A stretch of 64,000 bases of DNA from Coraliomargaritaceae bacterium (GTDB lineage: Bacteria > Verrucomicrobiota > Verrucomicrobiia > Opitutales > Coraliomargaritaceae). The position numbers and the translations under genes were made by a program. The notes under the pieces are model-generated. The model worked only from the letters and a program-made list of their open reading frames with translations, searched no databases and had not been told where the DNA came from. How positions within the stretch are numbered: position 1 is the first letter of the stretch; the number at the start of each line of letters is the position of its first letter. Shown here piece by piece: positions 35,109-45,160 of the stretch. The stretch spans positions 40,993-104,992 of the forward strand of contig CBFHKU010000007.1 of assembly GCA_965656495.1 (NCBI GenBank), read 5' to 3'.

Positions 35109-36041
35109 TTAATTACTTTTGTTCCTTGGATGATGCAGGGCGTGGGTATCGGCGAGTTGTTCCGACCTGAGGGAGGTATAGATTTGGGTGGTGGCGATAT
35201 CGGCGTGTCCGAGCATTTCCTGTATGGCACGCAGATCGGCGCCGCCCTCCAGTAAATGAGTGGCAAAGGAATGACGCAGAAGGTGCGGTTTTACATCTTT
35301 TTTAATCCCGGCAGTTTGGGCGTGGTTTTTTATGAGCACCCAGATCATTTGCCGGGAAAGCGCCCTGCCCCGAATGCTGAGAAAAAATGTACTGCCGGTG
35401 CCCCCTTTTACCAAAGCCGGACGGGACAGCGTCAAATAATCGCGGAGGGCTTTGATTGCGGCGGTTCCGATTGGAGCGATGCGTTCTTTACGGCCTTTCC
35501 CCAGGACGCGTAAATATCCCTCATCGAGGTGAACATTCTGCAAGTCAAGGCTGCAAAGTTCAGTGACCCGCAGTCCGCTGCTGTAAAAAAGCTCGAGGAT
35601 GGCCCGGTCTCGAAGCCCCAGCGGGTTGTGCCGCGATGGTGCGTCGAGCAAGGCTTCGACTTCTTTGCGGGTCAGCACGGCCGGTAGTTTTCGTTTATTT
35701 TGAGGACCCTTCAGGAGTTCCGCGCAGTTATCGGGACGGACTTGCTCGCGCACCAGATGTTTTGCGAGCATACGGATTGCGCTGATTTTACGCAGTTGGC
35801 TACTGCGGGCAAAATCCGCTTTGGCGAGCTCTGCCGAGAATTCGGCGAGCATGGGAGGCGTGACCTCGGTCCATGAATCAACGCCGCGCTTGTGGAGAAA
35901 TTTTGCGCATTGTCGTAAATCGCGACCATAGGCCTCAATGGTGTTGACTGAGAGCCCGCGCTCCAGATCGAGCCAGGCGAGCAAGCTTTCGATTGGCTCA
36001 ATCAGGCCGTGTGGCAAAGCGTCACTGCTTTCGGGTTGCAT
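35109..36041 (-). CDS. xerD: Site-specific tyrosine recombinase XerD
   Basis: ERGLSVNTIEAY, RDRAILELFYSSGLRVTEL, GKGRKER, PHLLRHSFATH, LGHADIATTQIYT. Confidence 0.88.
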   Translation of the reverse strand: MQPESSDALPHGLIEPIESLLAWLDLERGLSVNTIEAYGRDLRQCAKFLHKRGVDSWTEVTPPMLAEFSAELAKADFARSSQLRKISAIRMLAKHLVREQVRPDNCAELLKGPQNKRKLPAVLTRKEVEALLDAPSRHNPLGLRDRAILELFYSSGLRVTELCSLDLQNVHLDEGYLRVLGKGRKERIAPIGTAAIKALRDYLTLSRPALVKGGTGSTFFLSIRGRALSRQMIWVLIKNHAQTAGIKKDVKPHLLRHSFATHLLEGGADLRAIQEMLGHADIATTQIYTSLRSEQLADTHALHHPRNKSN

Positions 36042-36116
36042 TGCTATAAAATGGCGGGTCTAACATGCGCCTTGCAAGCTCTGCCTTTGCATACATTTAA
36101 TTATGGTATCACTTCC

Positions 36117-37424
36117 ATGAATCCCGAAATCAACGCCATCACCGCGATTAAGCCGACCGACTTGCGCGGTATTTTGAAATACGTGTCCATGTTCCGCGAG
36201 CACGTCTTTGTCATCGCTTTGGACGGCAGCTTGATTGCGCATGTGAATTTTAAGAATGTATTGCTGGATATTGCGGTGCTCCGCTCGCTCCACATTCGCG
36301 TCGTGCTCGTTCATGGTATCGGGCAACAGCTCCGCGAATTGGCAGAGTCCAGATCTCTGGAAATCACCAATCCCCACGGCGAGGCGCTGACCGACGCGAC
36401 CACACTGGCGCTCGCGGGAGAAACGTCTGCCCTGGTGAATCAGGAAATCATGCAGGGGCTCACGCGGATTGGCCTGCGTTGCGTGAATTGCAATGCGGTA
36501 CGGGCGAAGGCAGCGGGCGTGGTTGGCGGGGTGGATCAACTCTTGAGTGGCGTGGTGGACAAGCTGGATCTGCCGCTCCTGAAGCGTTTGCTGGAAGCCG
36601 ATACGATCCCGCTCATTGCTCCAATTGCGCAGGATCGAAACGGAGAAAACCTGCGGCTCAACTCTGACATGCTCGCCTCGGAATTGGCTGAAAAACTGGA
36701 AGCGACCAAACTGATTTATCTCACCGCGCACGATGGGCTGAAGCTCCAGCAGGATCCCATTAAAAACCTTTCGCTTGAAGAACTGCAGGATCTTTTGGAA
36801 TCGAATCCCGAATGCATTCCCGATCGTCTGTTGAGCAAATTGAAAAATGCTGCGCAAACCCTGAGGGCGGGAACACCCCGTGCCCACATTCTTGATGGCC
36901 GCCAGTTTGGAGCCCTCCTGAATGAGGTCTTCGATAAGGTCGGCATTGGGACGATGGTTTATGGAAACGACTACCAGTCCATCCGCCAAGCGAAGCCCGA
37001 AGAAGCGTATTCGATCTACAATATTACGCGAAACGCGGTACGTGCGGAGCATCTGCGTCAGCGGAACCAGGAGGAAATCGAAAACAGTATCAACGACTAT
37101 CATGTTTATGAAATCGATGGGAGCATCGTGGCTTGTTTGTATTTAAAATTCTGGAAGGAAAGCAAACATGCGGAGTTGGGCAGCGTTTATGTCCTTCCCT
37201 TTTATCAGGGCAAAGGCGTGGGGCGTCGCATGGTGCAATACGCCGTCAACCATGCCCGCAAAAACGGGATCCAGCGACTCACCGCGCTCAGCACCCGCGC
37301 CGCTCCATTTTTCTCGGACGTCTGTCATTTCGTTGAGGGGCAACTCTCTGACCTACACGAGGAGCAACGGCGGGCATATGAAGACAGCGGTCGCAATTCC
37401 AAGATTTTCTACACCGACCTATAA
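36117..37424 (+). CDS. argA: Amino-acid N-acetyltransferase (AAK + GNAT)
   Basis: N-terminal kinase-like domain (VLVHG, RAHILDG..LLNEVF..GIGTMV) plus GNAT (YQGKGVG); ends RNSKIF; start at 36117. Confidence 0.88.
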   Translation: MNPEINAITAIKPTDLRGILKYVSMFREHVFVIALDGSLIAHVNFKNVLLDIAVLRSLHIRVVLVHGIGQQLRELAESRSLEITNPHGEALTDATTLALAGETSALVNQEIMQGLTRIGLRCVNCNAVRAKAAGVVGGVDQLLSGVVDKLDLPLLKRLLEADTIPLIAPIAQDRNGENLRLNSDMLASELAEKLEATKLIYLTAHDGLKLQQDPIKNLSLEELQDLLESNPECIPDRLLSKLKNAAQTLRAGTPRAHILDGRQFGALLNEVFDKVGIGTMVYGNDYQSIRQAKPEEAYSIYNITRNAVRAEHLRQRNQEEIENSINDYHVYEIDGSIVACLYLKFWKESKHAELGSVYVLPFYQGKGVGRRMVQYAVNHARKNGIQRLTALSTRAAPFFSDVCHFVEGQLSDLHEEQRRAYEDSGRNSKIFYTDL

Positions 37425-37756
37425 TGGGGCTCTATCATACGACCGATCTGGACGGGATTTCCGAACTCAAGCCGGACAAGCAACGCCTGCGCGCCATTCT
37501 TGCCAGTCTTGATAGCGAAAATGCCGATGCTGCGAGCCATCCTGATGTTTCACTCGTCAATGATGACAACGGATGGAGCCTCTCCGTCTATCCCAGCGGA
37601 ATCGTCACTCTGGATCAATTGGACGAACCGGACGAACCCCCGCAATATATGAAAGGCGTGAATCGTGATACTGCGCTGGGCTTATGGCTCGATTTAGCAG
37701 CCGGAAGAATGGAGTCCATCAACGCCCTACCCTGGCAGAAGGATTCCGGGGTTTAG
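37424..37756 (+). CDS. Hypothetical acidic protein (110 aa)
   Basis: TAATG coupling to argA stop; fills the gap to the convergent gene. Confidence 0.7.
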   Translation: MGLYHTTDLDGISELKPDKQRLRAILASLDSENADAASHPDVSLVNDDNGWSLSVYPSGIVTLDQLDEPDEPPQYMKGVNRDTALGLWLDLAAGRMESINALPWQKDSGV

Positions 37757-38433
37757 GAATCCGGCAAGACGCAGCACAATGAAAGCACCATGTGCTCTGT
37801 TTGTGCGAAGCGGAATTTGAAGCGCGAGCCGGGGTTCAATGCAAGCACATCGAGCGATTCGTTCAGGTGCACAAGTTTCGCGATTCCTGCGCTTAAATCC
37901 ACGTCGAGAGCAATGTCTTGGAAATTCGCCCTGACCCGCCATTTTGGAAACTGTGCCTTATAGAACGCTTCCTTCAGGCTGAAAAGAACCGTGGCTCCCT
38001 CGGCATGACCCGACGCAAATACCGCTTCCATCGGATGAACAACGCGCTTTGCTGCTGCTTCACTCAAGCGCCCGGTCTGTTCAAAATCCAAACCCAAACC
38101 AGCGTAATTTTCCGCTTGGGCTGCCACGGCTCCACAACAACCACGGGAATGCGTGATGCTGCCAACCGAACCAGCGGGCCATTGGGGTACTCCCTCGGAA
38201 TCAGCGGCAAGCGGAGAATCCTGGTAGCCCAGCGCCTGCAAGGCTTCGCGGGCGCAGGCACGGCCGCTAAGGAATTCCGCGCGCCGGGCGAGCGCGAAAT
38301 TTTCACAGGCGGCCATTTCTGCGAGGTCGGATGATTGCATGCAGGGGTCTGCCTCGCGAACTGCGGATTCGATGCCCTTCACGCACAATTGTCCTAAAAG
38401 TTCACCGATTTCAAAGGTATGGCTGATGTTCAT
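37753..38433 (-). CDS. 4'-phosphopantetheinyl transferase (EntD/Sfp-like)
   Basis: RRAEFLSGRACA, PQWP..VGSITHS, GLDFE, FSLKEAFYKA. Confidence 0.88.
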   Translation of the reverse strand: MNISHTFEIGELLGQLCVKGIESAVREADPCMQSSDLAEMAACENFALARRAEFLSGRACAREALQALGYQDSPLAADSEGVPQWPAGSVGSITHSRGCCGAVAAQAENYAGLGLDFEQTGRLSEAAAKRVVHPMEAVFASGHAEGATVLFSLKEAFYKAQFPKWRVRANFQDIALDVDLSAGIAKLVHLNESLDVLALNPGSRFKFRFAQTEHMVLSLCCVLPDS

Positions 38434-38543
38434 CCAAGGCTGAGCAAAACGATCTGCCTAGGTTTGACAATAATCAAGGTAAAGAACAGGCGGGTAGATA
38501 AATACATTGCCCTCCTCAGTTTTAGCATAAAAAGTATAGAATT

Positions 38544-39362
38544 ATGGAATTAAAGGATTTCAGCCATTATCGCATAACCGCTGAACAGAACAACAAGCTT
38601 ACAAAGGTTGACTCACATCCTTGGAAGGACATTCCATCGTGCAAAATAAAAGGCAATGAAGAGCTGAGCCACCTACATAAGCGGCTGGCTGATTTGCAAC
38701 AGCGCTTCTTTGTGGATCGGCGAAAAAAATTTCTGATTGTCCTGCAGGGCATGGACACCAGCGGCAAAAACGGCACGATTCGCCACGTCTTCAGGGGTGT
38801 CAACCCGCAGGGAGTACACGTTTCCAGTTTCGACAAACCCACTAGCCATGAATTGGGGCATGACTATTTGTGGCGTGTGCATCGATGCACTCCCGGCGAT
38901 GGCGAAATCATGATCTTTGATCGGAGCCACTACGAGGATGTCCTGGCGGTTCGCGTTAATGAATTGAAACCTGAATCGGTTTGGCGCAAACGCTACCGGC
39001 ACATCAATGACTTTGAGCAACTCTTAGTCGATGAAGGCACCATTATCCTCAAGCTTTTCCTGCACATCGATCGTGAAACCCAGCGCCAACGCTTGCAAAA
39101 TCGCTTGGATGTCCCGATGAAGAACTGGAAATTTGATCCTTCCGATCTAGTGGCACGGGAGAAATGGGAGCTGTACCAGGCGGCTTACGAGGAAGTATTC
39201 AAGGAGACCTCCCACCCCCATGCCCCTTGGTATTTGATACCCTCTAATAAAAAATGGGCGCGTAATCTTTTAGTGGCCCGATTGGTTGTGGCTTACCTGG
39301 ATGACCTCCAATTGAGTTATCCCAAAGTCGACTTTGACCCCTCCACTATCGAGATTATTTAA
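38544..39362 (+). CDS. ppk2: Polyphosphate kinase 2 family (probably class III)
   Basis: QGMDTSGKNG, GVNPQG, HDYLWR, FDRSHYEDVL, NWKF, APWYLIP. Confidence 0.9.
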   Translation: MELKDFSHYRITAEQNNKLTKVDSHPWKDIPSCKIKGNEELSHLHKRLADLQQRFFVDRRKKFLIVLQGMDTSGKNGTIRHVFRGVNPQGVHVSSFDKPTSHELGHDYLWRVHRCTPGDGEIMIFDRSHYEDVLAVRVNELKPESVWRKRYRHINDFEQLLVDEGTIILKLFLHIDRETQRQRLQNRLDVPMKNWKFDPSDLVAREKWELYQAAYEEVFKETSHPHAPWYLIPSNKKWARNLLVARLVVAYLDDLQLSYPKVDFDPSTIEII

Positions 39363-39380
39363 CAAACAGCCACTGAATCG

Positions 39381-40046
39381 ATGCAAGCCTCACCCCACCC
39401 TGTTATTCTAGCACCTTCACTATTGGCGGGAGATCACGCTGGGCTGAGGGAGAGCTTGCGAACCGTTGAGGCAGCAGGTCTGGAGTGGGTACACCTCGAT
39501 ATCATGGATGGCCATTTTGTTCCAAATCTCAGTTTCGGCCCCGAGACGGTGGCAGCGCTGCGCCCCCAATCGTCGCTTTTTTTTGATGTGCATCTCATGC
39601 TGGATAAACCGCATCAACACCTCGATGCCTTCCTAGGTGCCGGAGCAGATCAAATCACCATCCATCTCGAACCCGATTATCCAGTCGAAGCGACCCTTCA
39701 GCGCATCAAAGAAGCCGGAAAAAAATGCGGGGTTGTGATAAATCCCGACACACCCGCCGAAGCGCTGGCGCCGTATTTATCGAGTTGTGACATTATTTTG
39801 CTCATGACGGTCGTACCTGGGTTTGGCGGTCAGTCCTTTCGCGAAGATGTCCTTCCAAAGATGGAAGAGCTTGCCCGCTTGCGTGAAGATAGAGGATACG
39901 ACTTTCGCCTGCAAGTGGATGGGGGGATAACAAGCGAAACCGCCCCAGCCTGTCTCGCGAGAGGGGTCGATACGCTCGTTGCAGGAACCGCTTTTTTTAA
40001 GGCTGCTGATCAAGTACAATTCGCAAAAGGAATCGTCGCTCAATAA
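39381..40046 (+). CDS. rpe: Ribulose-phosphate 3-epimerase
   Basis: APSLL, HLDIMDGHFVPN, DVHLM, MTVVPGFGGQ, VDGG. Confidence 0.95.
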   Translation: MQASPHPVILAPSLLAGDHAGLRESLRTVEAAGLEWVHLDIMDGHFVPNLSFGPETVAALRPQSSLFFDVHLMLDKPHQHLDAFLGAGADQITIHLEPDYPVEATLQRIKEAGKKCGVVINPDTPAEALAPYLSSCDIILLMTVVPGFGGQSFREDVLPKMEELARLREDRGYDFRLQVDGGITSETAPACLARGVDTLVAGTAFFKAADQVQFAKGIVAQ

Positions 40047-40831
40047 AGATCCGTTCGCAAATCACGCAGGCAGTGCATGGTTTCCCGCACCCTCTGGATA
40101 TCTCCTAGGTCAATATCAACTATACCAAGTTCGGATTCTCCCCCCGCTTCAAAAAGTATTTCACCGGAAGGATGCACCACCATGGAATGGCCACAATAAT
40201 GTGTGCCTTGAGAACCTTGTGCATCGCCCGCAGTTCCGCATTGATTGGTCGCAATGATAAAATTTTGGTTCTCCATTGCGCGGGCTTGTAGGAGTGCCCG
40301 CCAATGCGACAACCTTGGATGAGGAAATGCCGCCGGCAGGATTTGTAATTCTGCACCCGCCAGCGCACATTTGCGAAAGAGTTCAGGAAAGCGCAAATCA
40401 TAACAAATCGAACAACCAATATGGGCATCCAAGCTTTGCGCCGTTAAAACAGCCGCACCCGCCTCCAGATGTAGGTCTTCACCCATTTGCCTGAATAAAT
40501 GTATTTTATTATAGTGCACCAGGACTGAGCCATCCGATTCAAAATACATAAAAGTATTACTAGGTTTTTCATTAACATTCCTCGTTAAAAAAGAACCAGT
40601 TATCGCAATTTTGTTTTGTTGTGCTAAGTTTGAAATCTGTTCTTGGTTTGCTTTGGAATGAATTAAAAGTTCGTCTAATTGACTCCAGGCAAATCCGGTA
40701 GTGCACATCTCAGGCAGACAAACTAACTGAGCTCCAAGCTTTGCCGACTCTTCTACCGTATTGGATATGAGCGATAAATTGGAATCTATATTTCCCGTTG
40801 AAGGCAAAAACTGTGCTAATACTATTCGCAT
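40040..40831 (-). CDS. Carbon-nitrogen hydrolase (nitrilase/omega-amidase family)
   Basis: LPE, YNKIHLF, ICYDLRFPE (E-K-C triad), ARAMENQ. Confidence 0.9.
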   Translation of the reverse strand: MRIVLAQFLPSTGNIDSNLSLISNTVEESAKLGAQLVCLPEMCTTGFAWSQLDELLIHSKANQEQISNLAQQNKIAITGSFLTRNVNEKPSNTFMYFESDGSVLVHYNKIHLFRQMGEDLHLEAGAAVLTAQSLDAHIGCSICYDLRFPELFRKCALAGAELQILPAAFPHPRLSHWRALLQARAMENQNFIIATNQCGTAGDAQGSQGTHYCGHSMVVHPSGEILFEAGGESELGIVDIDLGDIQRVRETMHCLRDLRTDLY

Positions 40832-40921
40832 AAAAATAATTTAAAATTTATAATTATTGCATTGACGCAATATAATATAGAAACAGCTTTTGCTACTTCA
40901 TTTATTAATAACATCATTATT

Positions 40922-41344
40922 ATGGCTAAACGAACAATCAAAATTAATATCAAACTACCAACAGGCATCACCGCGACACCTGGATTAGAAGCAAAAGCAA
41001 CCGCTGCCGCTAACGAGGCTGTCAAAGCTGCAGTGAAGGATATGCTCGCACTGCAAAAGATTGCCAAGGATTTATCTAGCAAGGGCTTTGCTATTACTGC
41101 GCAGGAACTGCTCGCTCGTAAAAAGAATCTGGGTGGTAAGAAGTCGTCAGTTAAGGCTGTGAAAGCGGCCAATGCGGCACCCCGCAAGCGTGTCGTGTTG
41201 ACGCCTGCCCAAAAGAAGGCATTGGTTACAGACCTCAAGGCTGGTGCAAAAACAGCGGATGCCGTGAAGAAATACGGCGTCTCGGTAGCGACCGTGATGA
41301 ACATCAAAGCTGCCGCCAAGCTCACTAAAAAGCGCAAAAAGTAA
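40922..41344 (+). CDS. Lys/Ala-rich basic protein with C-terminal helix-turn-helix (putative nucleoid-associated protein)
   Basis: ATG 40922; RKRVVLTPAQKKALV..GAKTADAVKKYGVSVATVMNIK HTH pattern; own terminator. Confidence 0.75.
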   Translation: MAKRTIKINIKLPTGITATPGLEAKATAAANEAVKAAVKDMLALQKIAKDLSSKGFAITAQELLARKKNLGGKKSSVKAVKAANAAPRKRVVLTPAQKKALVTDLKAGAKTADAVKKYGVSVATVMNIKAAAKLTKKRKK

Positions 41345-41368
41345 TTCCCTTTTGGCAATTTTTTATTC

Positions 41369-41396
41369 AAAGCCCGGTTTATTCCGGGCTTTTTTT
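41369..41396 (+). terminator. Intrinsic terminator, probably bidirectional
   Basis: AAAGCCCGG-TTTATT-CCGGGCTTTTTTT between convergent genes. Confidence 0.85.
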
Positions 41397-43248
41397 ATAC
41401 CAGTTCCAGATGCGGTTCGTTGTATTCCATGAACTCAGCATATAATTCTTTGCCCATGTAGCGGGCAATGACACGCGGGTCACTTTTGGTCAAATCAACC
41501 ACGATTAAACCATCAATTACATCGCTGAAAGCCGGATCGATATTAAAGCTGAGCAAGGAACCATTCAGTTTCAAATAGTGCTTTAATAAGACGGGAATGC
41601 CCTTCTCGTCATCTTCGATACCGGATATAATTGCAGAGACCGCATCCACTGTGCGTATCGATTTTGCGATGCTTTTAAGCGAAACGCCAAGAAAGGCATC
41701 ATTCGCCTTAGGCGGCTTCTTGGCACGCACCCAGCGTGAGAGTTCGTTGTCAAAACTATGCCCCCGAAAAAAATGAACCATCAAATTCTTTGAAATATTA
41801 CGGTAGCCATCCGCAATACTGACCGGCCCAAAAAGTATTTTATACTTGGGGTGTAGGCCACAAAAGACCGAGAGCCCTTTCAACAGCAAGGGCAAGGAAG
41901 CATGCTTTTTTTGATACTTCAGGCTGATAAATGAACGCCCCAATTCAATCGAGGGTCCCAGTTTGCTGAAGAAGCCTGTTCGTAATTTGAACAAGGTAGT
42001 GGTGTACAGTCCCTGCTTGCCGTACCGTTCAATAATTTCATCGGCCAAGCCCATGCGATAGGCGCCGACCACCTCGGCATTGGCTGCATCCCAAACAAAA
42101 AGATGCAAATAATAGTTATCAAAATCATCCAGATCATAGGCTTTGCCGGTGCCCTCTTGCGCCTCACGAAAGGTTTCTTCGCGCAATCGCCCGATCTCCT
42201 TGAGGATTGCCGGGATTTCATCTGCCCTTGCGCAATAAACCTGAAATTCCCCATGATCCAAAATCATGGATGCAGTCGGCAGGGCATTGATTTCTGCTTC
42301 CATCCGGGACTTTGGTTGTGACGGAGCGAGGGGAATGGGCACTTTCGTGGCGGAACTGGATCGAAAAGGAAAACGGAGTTTGCGACGTTTGTTGGGTTCT
42401 CTCCTGTTCAAGGAATAGGTCTCCATACGCAAATAATCATTTGCGGCATCCAGTGAGGCGAAGCGTTCCAACTCGCTTGCTTTAATCAATTTCCCGACCT
42501 TGAGGCGCAGTTCCCTACCCTGTTTATTGCAAAACTCCCGCGCCAGTAAAGCGGTTCGCAGGCGCGGATTTACCATGCCTAAAAGCTGGAAGAGCACACT
42601 ATTCCGGCCCTCAAAGAAAAGCGGCAGAATTGGTGCTCCGGTTTTTTTCGACAAGCGCGCGACGTGGGCGCTCCAGGATTTGTCTGCAACCGAGCGGCAA
42701 TTCCATTGAAAATGCGAGACTTCGCCCGCGGGAAATACACCCAGGCAGCCATCGTTCCGCAAATGGCTCAGCGCTTTTCGAATACCCTCCAGGTTGGATT
42801 TTGCAGAATCCGCCTGAGCAAATGGATCTACATTAATGATGTTCCCGCGAATCCCTTCCATCCTTGAGAGCAGATAATTCCCCATCAGTTTGCTGTCACT
42901 GCGCAAGCCTGCCAGCAATGCACCCAAGACCACGCCGTCGATGCCGCCGAAAGGATGGTTGGCAACGACGATCAAAGGCCCTGATTTCGGAATGCGGGCA
43001 TAACTTTCGGCATCCAGTTCAAAGTGAACGCCCATCACCCTTAAAGTCTTTTTGAAAAAATCCGGATCATACTCCGAGTCGGTCAACTCAGCCTGAACAC
43101 TTGCATAAATAGCATTTAAACCATCAATCGCCAACAACTTTGAAATTGCCGGGTTCAACAAACGCAATGGCTTTAGAAAAGCACCGCCCTGATTCAGCAA
43201 CGAATCCAAATCAATTAACGCCTCCCTACTCTCGATCGACTTGTTCAT
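41395..43248 (-). CDS. Bifunctional acyltransferase: PlsC-type domain + GNAT domain (OlsF-like amino-lipid synthase)
   Basis: NHPFGGIDG (HxxxxD), FPAGEVS; then EIGRLREETFR, DLDDFD, VGAYR, ELGRSF. Confidence 0.8.
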   Translation of the reverse strand: MNKSIESREALIDLDSLLNQGGAFLKPLRLLNPAISKLLAIDGLNAIYASVQAELTDSEYDPDFFKKTLRVMGVHFELDAESYARIPKSGPLIVVANHPFGGIDGVVLGALLAGLRSDSKLMGNYLLSRMEGIRGNIINVDPFAQADSAKSNLEGIRKALSHLRNDGCLGVFPAGEVSHFQWNCRSVADKSWSAHVARLSKKTGAPILPLFFEGRNSVLFQLLGMVNPRLRTALLAREFCNKQGRELRLKVGKLIKASELERFASLDAANDYLRMETYSLNRREPNKRRKLRFPFRSSSATKVPIPLAPSQPKSRMEAEINALPTASMILDHGEFQVYCARADEIPAILKEIGRLREETFREAQEGTGKAYDLDDFDNYYLHLFVWDAANAEVVGAYRMGLADEIIERYGKQGLYTTTLFKLRTGFFSKLGPSIELGRSFISLKYQKKHASLPLLLKGLSVFCGLHPKYKILFGPVSIADGYRNISKNLMVHFFRGHSFDNELSRWVRAKKPPKANDAFLGVSLKSIAKSIRTVDAVSAIISGIEDDEKGIPVLLKHYLKLNGSLLSFNIDPAFSDVIDGLIVVDLTKSDPRVIARYMGKELYAEFMEYNEPHLELV

Positions 43249-43394
43249 CTTTTATTTACATCTTCAGGATTCCAGCCTTAAAGGCAATCTAAACAATCAT
43301 GGCAAATGCAGAAACTTGTAGCCAAAAACGATGGATTGTGAAATTTGACTTGAACTAATCGTGGCAGCAGGTTTTTTTCTACGTTTCTTTAAAT

Positions 43395-43475
<81 letters not shown>

Positions 43476-43509
43476 AAAACCGCCTCAATTTCACAGCCAA
43501 CCATTCATC

Positions 43510-43983
43510 ATGCGCCATATTATTTCCATTTTGGTAGAAAATAAGTTTGGCGTGCTCGCGCGCATCGCGGGAATGTTCAGCGGGCGTGGATTCAATATCG
43601 AAACCCTCAACGTTGGCCCGATGGTCGATGATCGTTTTTCCCGTATCACCGCCACTATATTAGGGGACGGCGACGCCCTGGATCAGGCGATTAAGCAGGT
43701 TTATAAATTGGTCAACGTACTTGAGGTCACGGATTTCTCCAGCTCACAGGCAACCGAGCGCGAATTGATAATGGTCAAACTTACCGCCGCGCCGGATCAA
43801 CGCTCAGAGGTCATGCAAGTCTGCGACATCTTTCGCGCCAAAATCATCGACGTCGCCCCCGGCTCGCTCAACATTGAGATGACCGGTAATTCAAATAAAG
43901 TGCGCGCCTTTTTGAATCTCATTGAGCCCTACGGCATAATAGAGATGGCACGCACCGGTAACCTCGCCCTGAAGCGCGGCTAA
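43510..43983 (+). CDS. ilvN: Acetolactate synthase small (regulatory) subunit
   Basis: [47 protein letters not shown]; start at 43510. Confidence 0.94.
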   Translation: MRHIISILVENKFGVLARIAGMFSGRGFNIETLNVGPMVDDRFSRITATILGDGDALDQAIKQVYKLVNVLEVTDFSSSQATERELIMVKLTAAPDQRSEVMQVCDIFRAKIIDVAPGSLNIEMTGNSNKVRAFLNLIEPYGIIEMARTGNLALKRG

Positions 43984-44033
43984 CTTTTACTCACCATAAA
44001 AACCGGGCAACCCGCCCCAACGAATACATATCC

Positions 44034-45062
44034 ATGCCAGCTAAAGTCTATACTGACAAAGACGCGGACCTCAAGGTCCTGAAAAAAAAGACCCTCGCCA
44101 TCATTGGCTACGGTTCCCAAGGACACGCCCACGCGCAAAACTTAAAGGAAAGCGGCCTCAAGGTCATTATTGGCCTCTACGCCAAGAGTAAATCAGTCGC
44201 GGTTGCCAAGAAGCAGGGCTTTGAGGTCTATGAGACCGCAGAGGCCGTCAAAAAGGCCGACGTCATCATGCTTGCAGTGCCGGACATGAAGCAACCGGAG
44301 GTTTACGAGAACGACATCAAGCCCAACTTGAGCAAGGGCAAGACCCTCGCATTCACCCACGGGCTCGCGATCCATTACGGTCTTATCGAAGCACCCAAGG
44401 GCGTTGATGTTATCATGGTGGCTCCGAAAGGCCCAGGTCATGTTGTTCGCAGTCAATACGTCGAGGGCAAGGGAGTTCCGGCACTAATCGCAATCAACAA
44501 GGGATCCTCGCGCAATGCCAAGGCTGTCGCACTTGCATGGGCAAAGGGCGTCGGCGGAACCCGTGCCGGTGTGATTCAAACCACCTTTAAAGAAGAATGT
44601 GAAACCGACCTCTTCGGCGAACAAGCAGTGCTTTGTGGCGGTGCCTCCGAATTGGTAATGGCGGGTTTTGAAACCCTCGTCGAGGCTGGCTACCAGCCCG
44701 AGATGGCTTACTTTGAATGTCTCCACGAGCTGAAACTCATCGTCGACCTCATGGTTGAGTCGGGGATCTCAGGCATGCGTTTCTCGATCTCTGAAACCGC
44801 TGAATGGGGCGACTACATCAGCGGTCCCCGCGTCATCAATGCCGGTTCACGCCGCGCCATGAAGGCCATCCTCAAGGACATTCAGTCCGGCAAGTTCACC
44901 AAGAACTGGGTCAAGGAATACAAAGCCGGCCTGCCGCAATACAAGCAATTCATCAAGGACGGACAAAACCACCCCATCGAGAAAACCGGACAACGTCTCC
45001 GTTCCCTCATGCCTTGGGTGAAGAAGCGCAACATCAAGGGCGCACAAGCTGCTTACAATTAA
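44034..45062 (+). CDS. ilvC: Ketol-acid reductoisomerase
   Basis: [38 protein letters not shown]. Confidence 0.96.
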   Translation: MPAKVYTDKDADLKVLKKKTLAIIGYGSQGHAHAQNLKESGLKVIIGLYAKSKSVAVAKKQGFEVYETAEAVKKADVIMLAVPDMKQPEVYENDIKPNLSKGKTLAFTHGLAIHYGLIEAPKGVDVIMVAPKGPGHVVRSQYVEGKGVPALIAINKGSSRNAKAVALAWAKGVGGTRAGVIQTTFKEECETDLFGEQAVLCGGASELVMAGFETLVEAGYQPEMAYFECLHELKLIVDLMVESGISGMRFSISETAEWGDYISGPRVINAGSRRAMKAILKDIQSGKFTKNWVKEYKAGLPQYKQFIKDGQNHPIEKTGQRLRSLMPWVKKRNIKGAQAAYN

Positions 45063-45082
45063 GCGAGCATCTTATTTCTCTC

Positions 45083-45117
45083 AAGCGGTCGGCGGGAAAC
45101 TTCCCCCGACCGCTTTT
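45083..45117 (+). terminator. Intrinsic terminator after ilvC
   Basis: AAGCGGTCGG-CGGGAAACTTCC-CCGACCGCTTTT. Confidence 0.75.
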
Positions 45118-45160
45118 CATTTGCACCGGTTCCCGCTTCCTTTTCAATGCATTATCTTTG

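Noticed and set aside
35109..36041. Phage or island integrase next to tRNA-Leu
   Set aside because: Size and motifs fit housekeeping XerD, there is no arm-binding extension, and I found no duplicated tRNA-Leu 3' end.
44804..45160. N-terminal extension of hemC or an ilvC-hemC frameshift fusion
   Set aside because: Overlaps ilvC and crosses its terminator; HemC motifs start at 45161.
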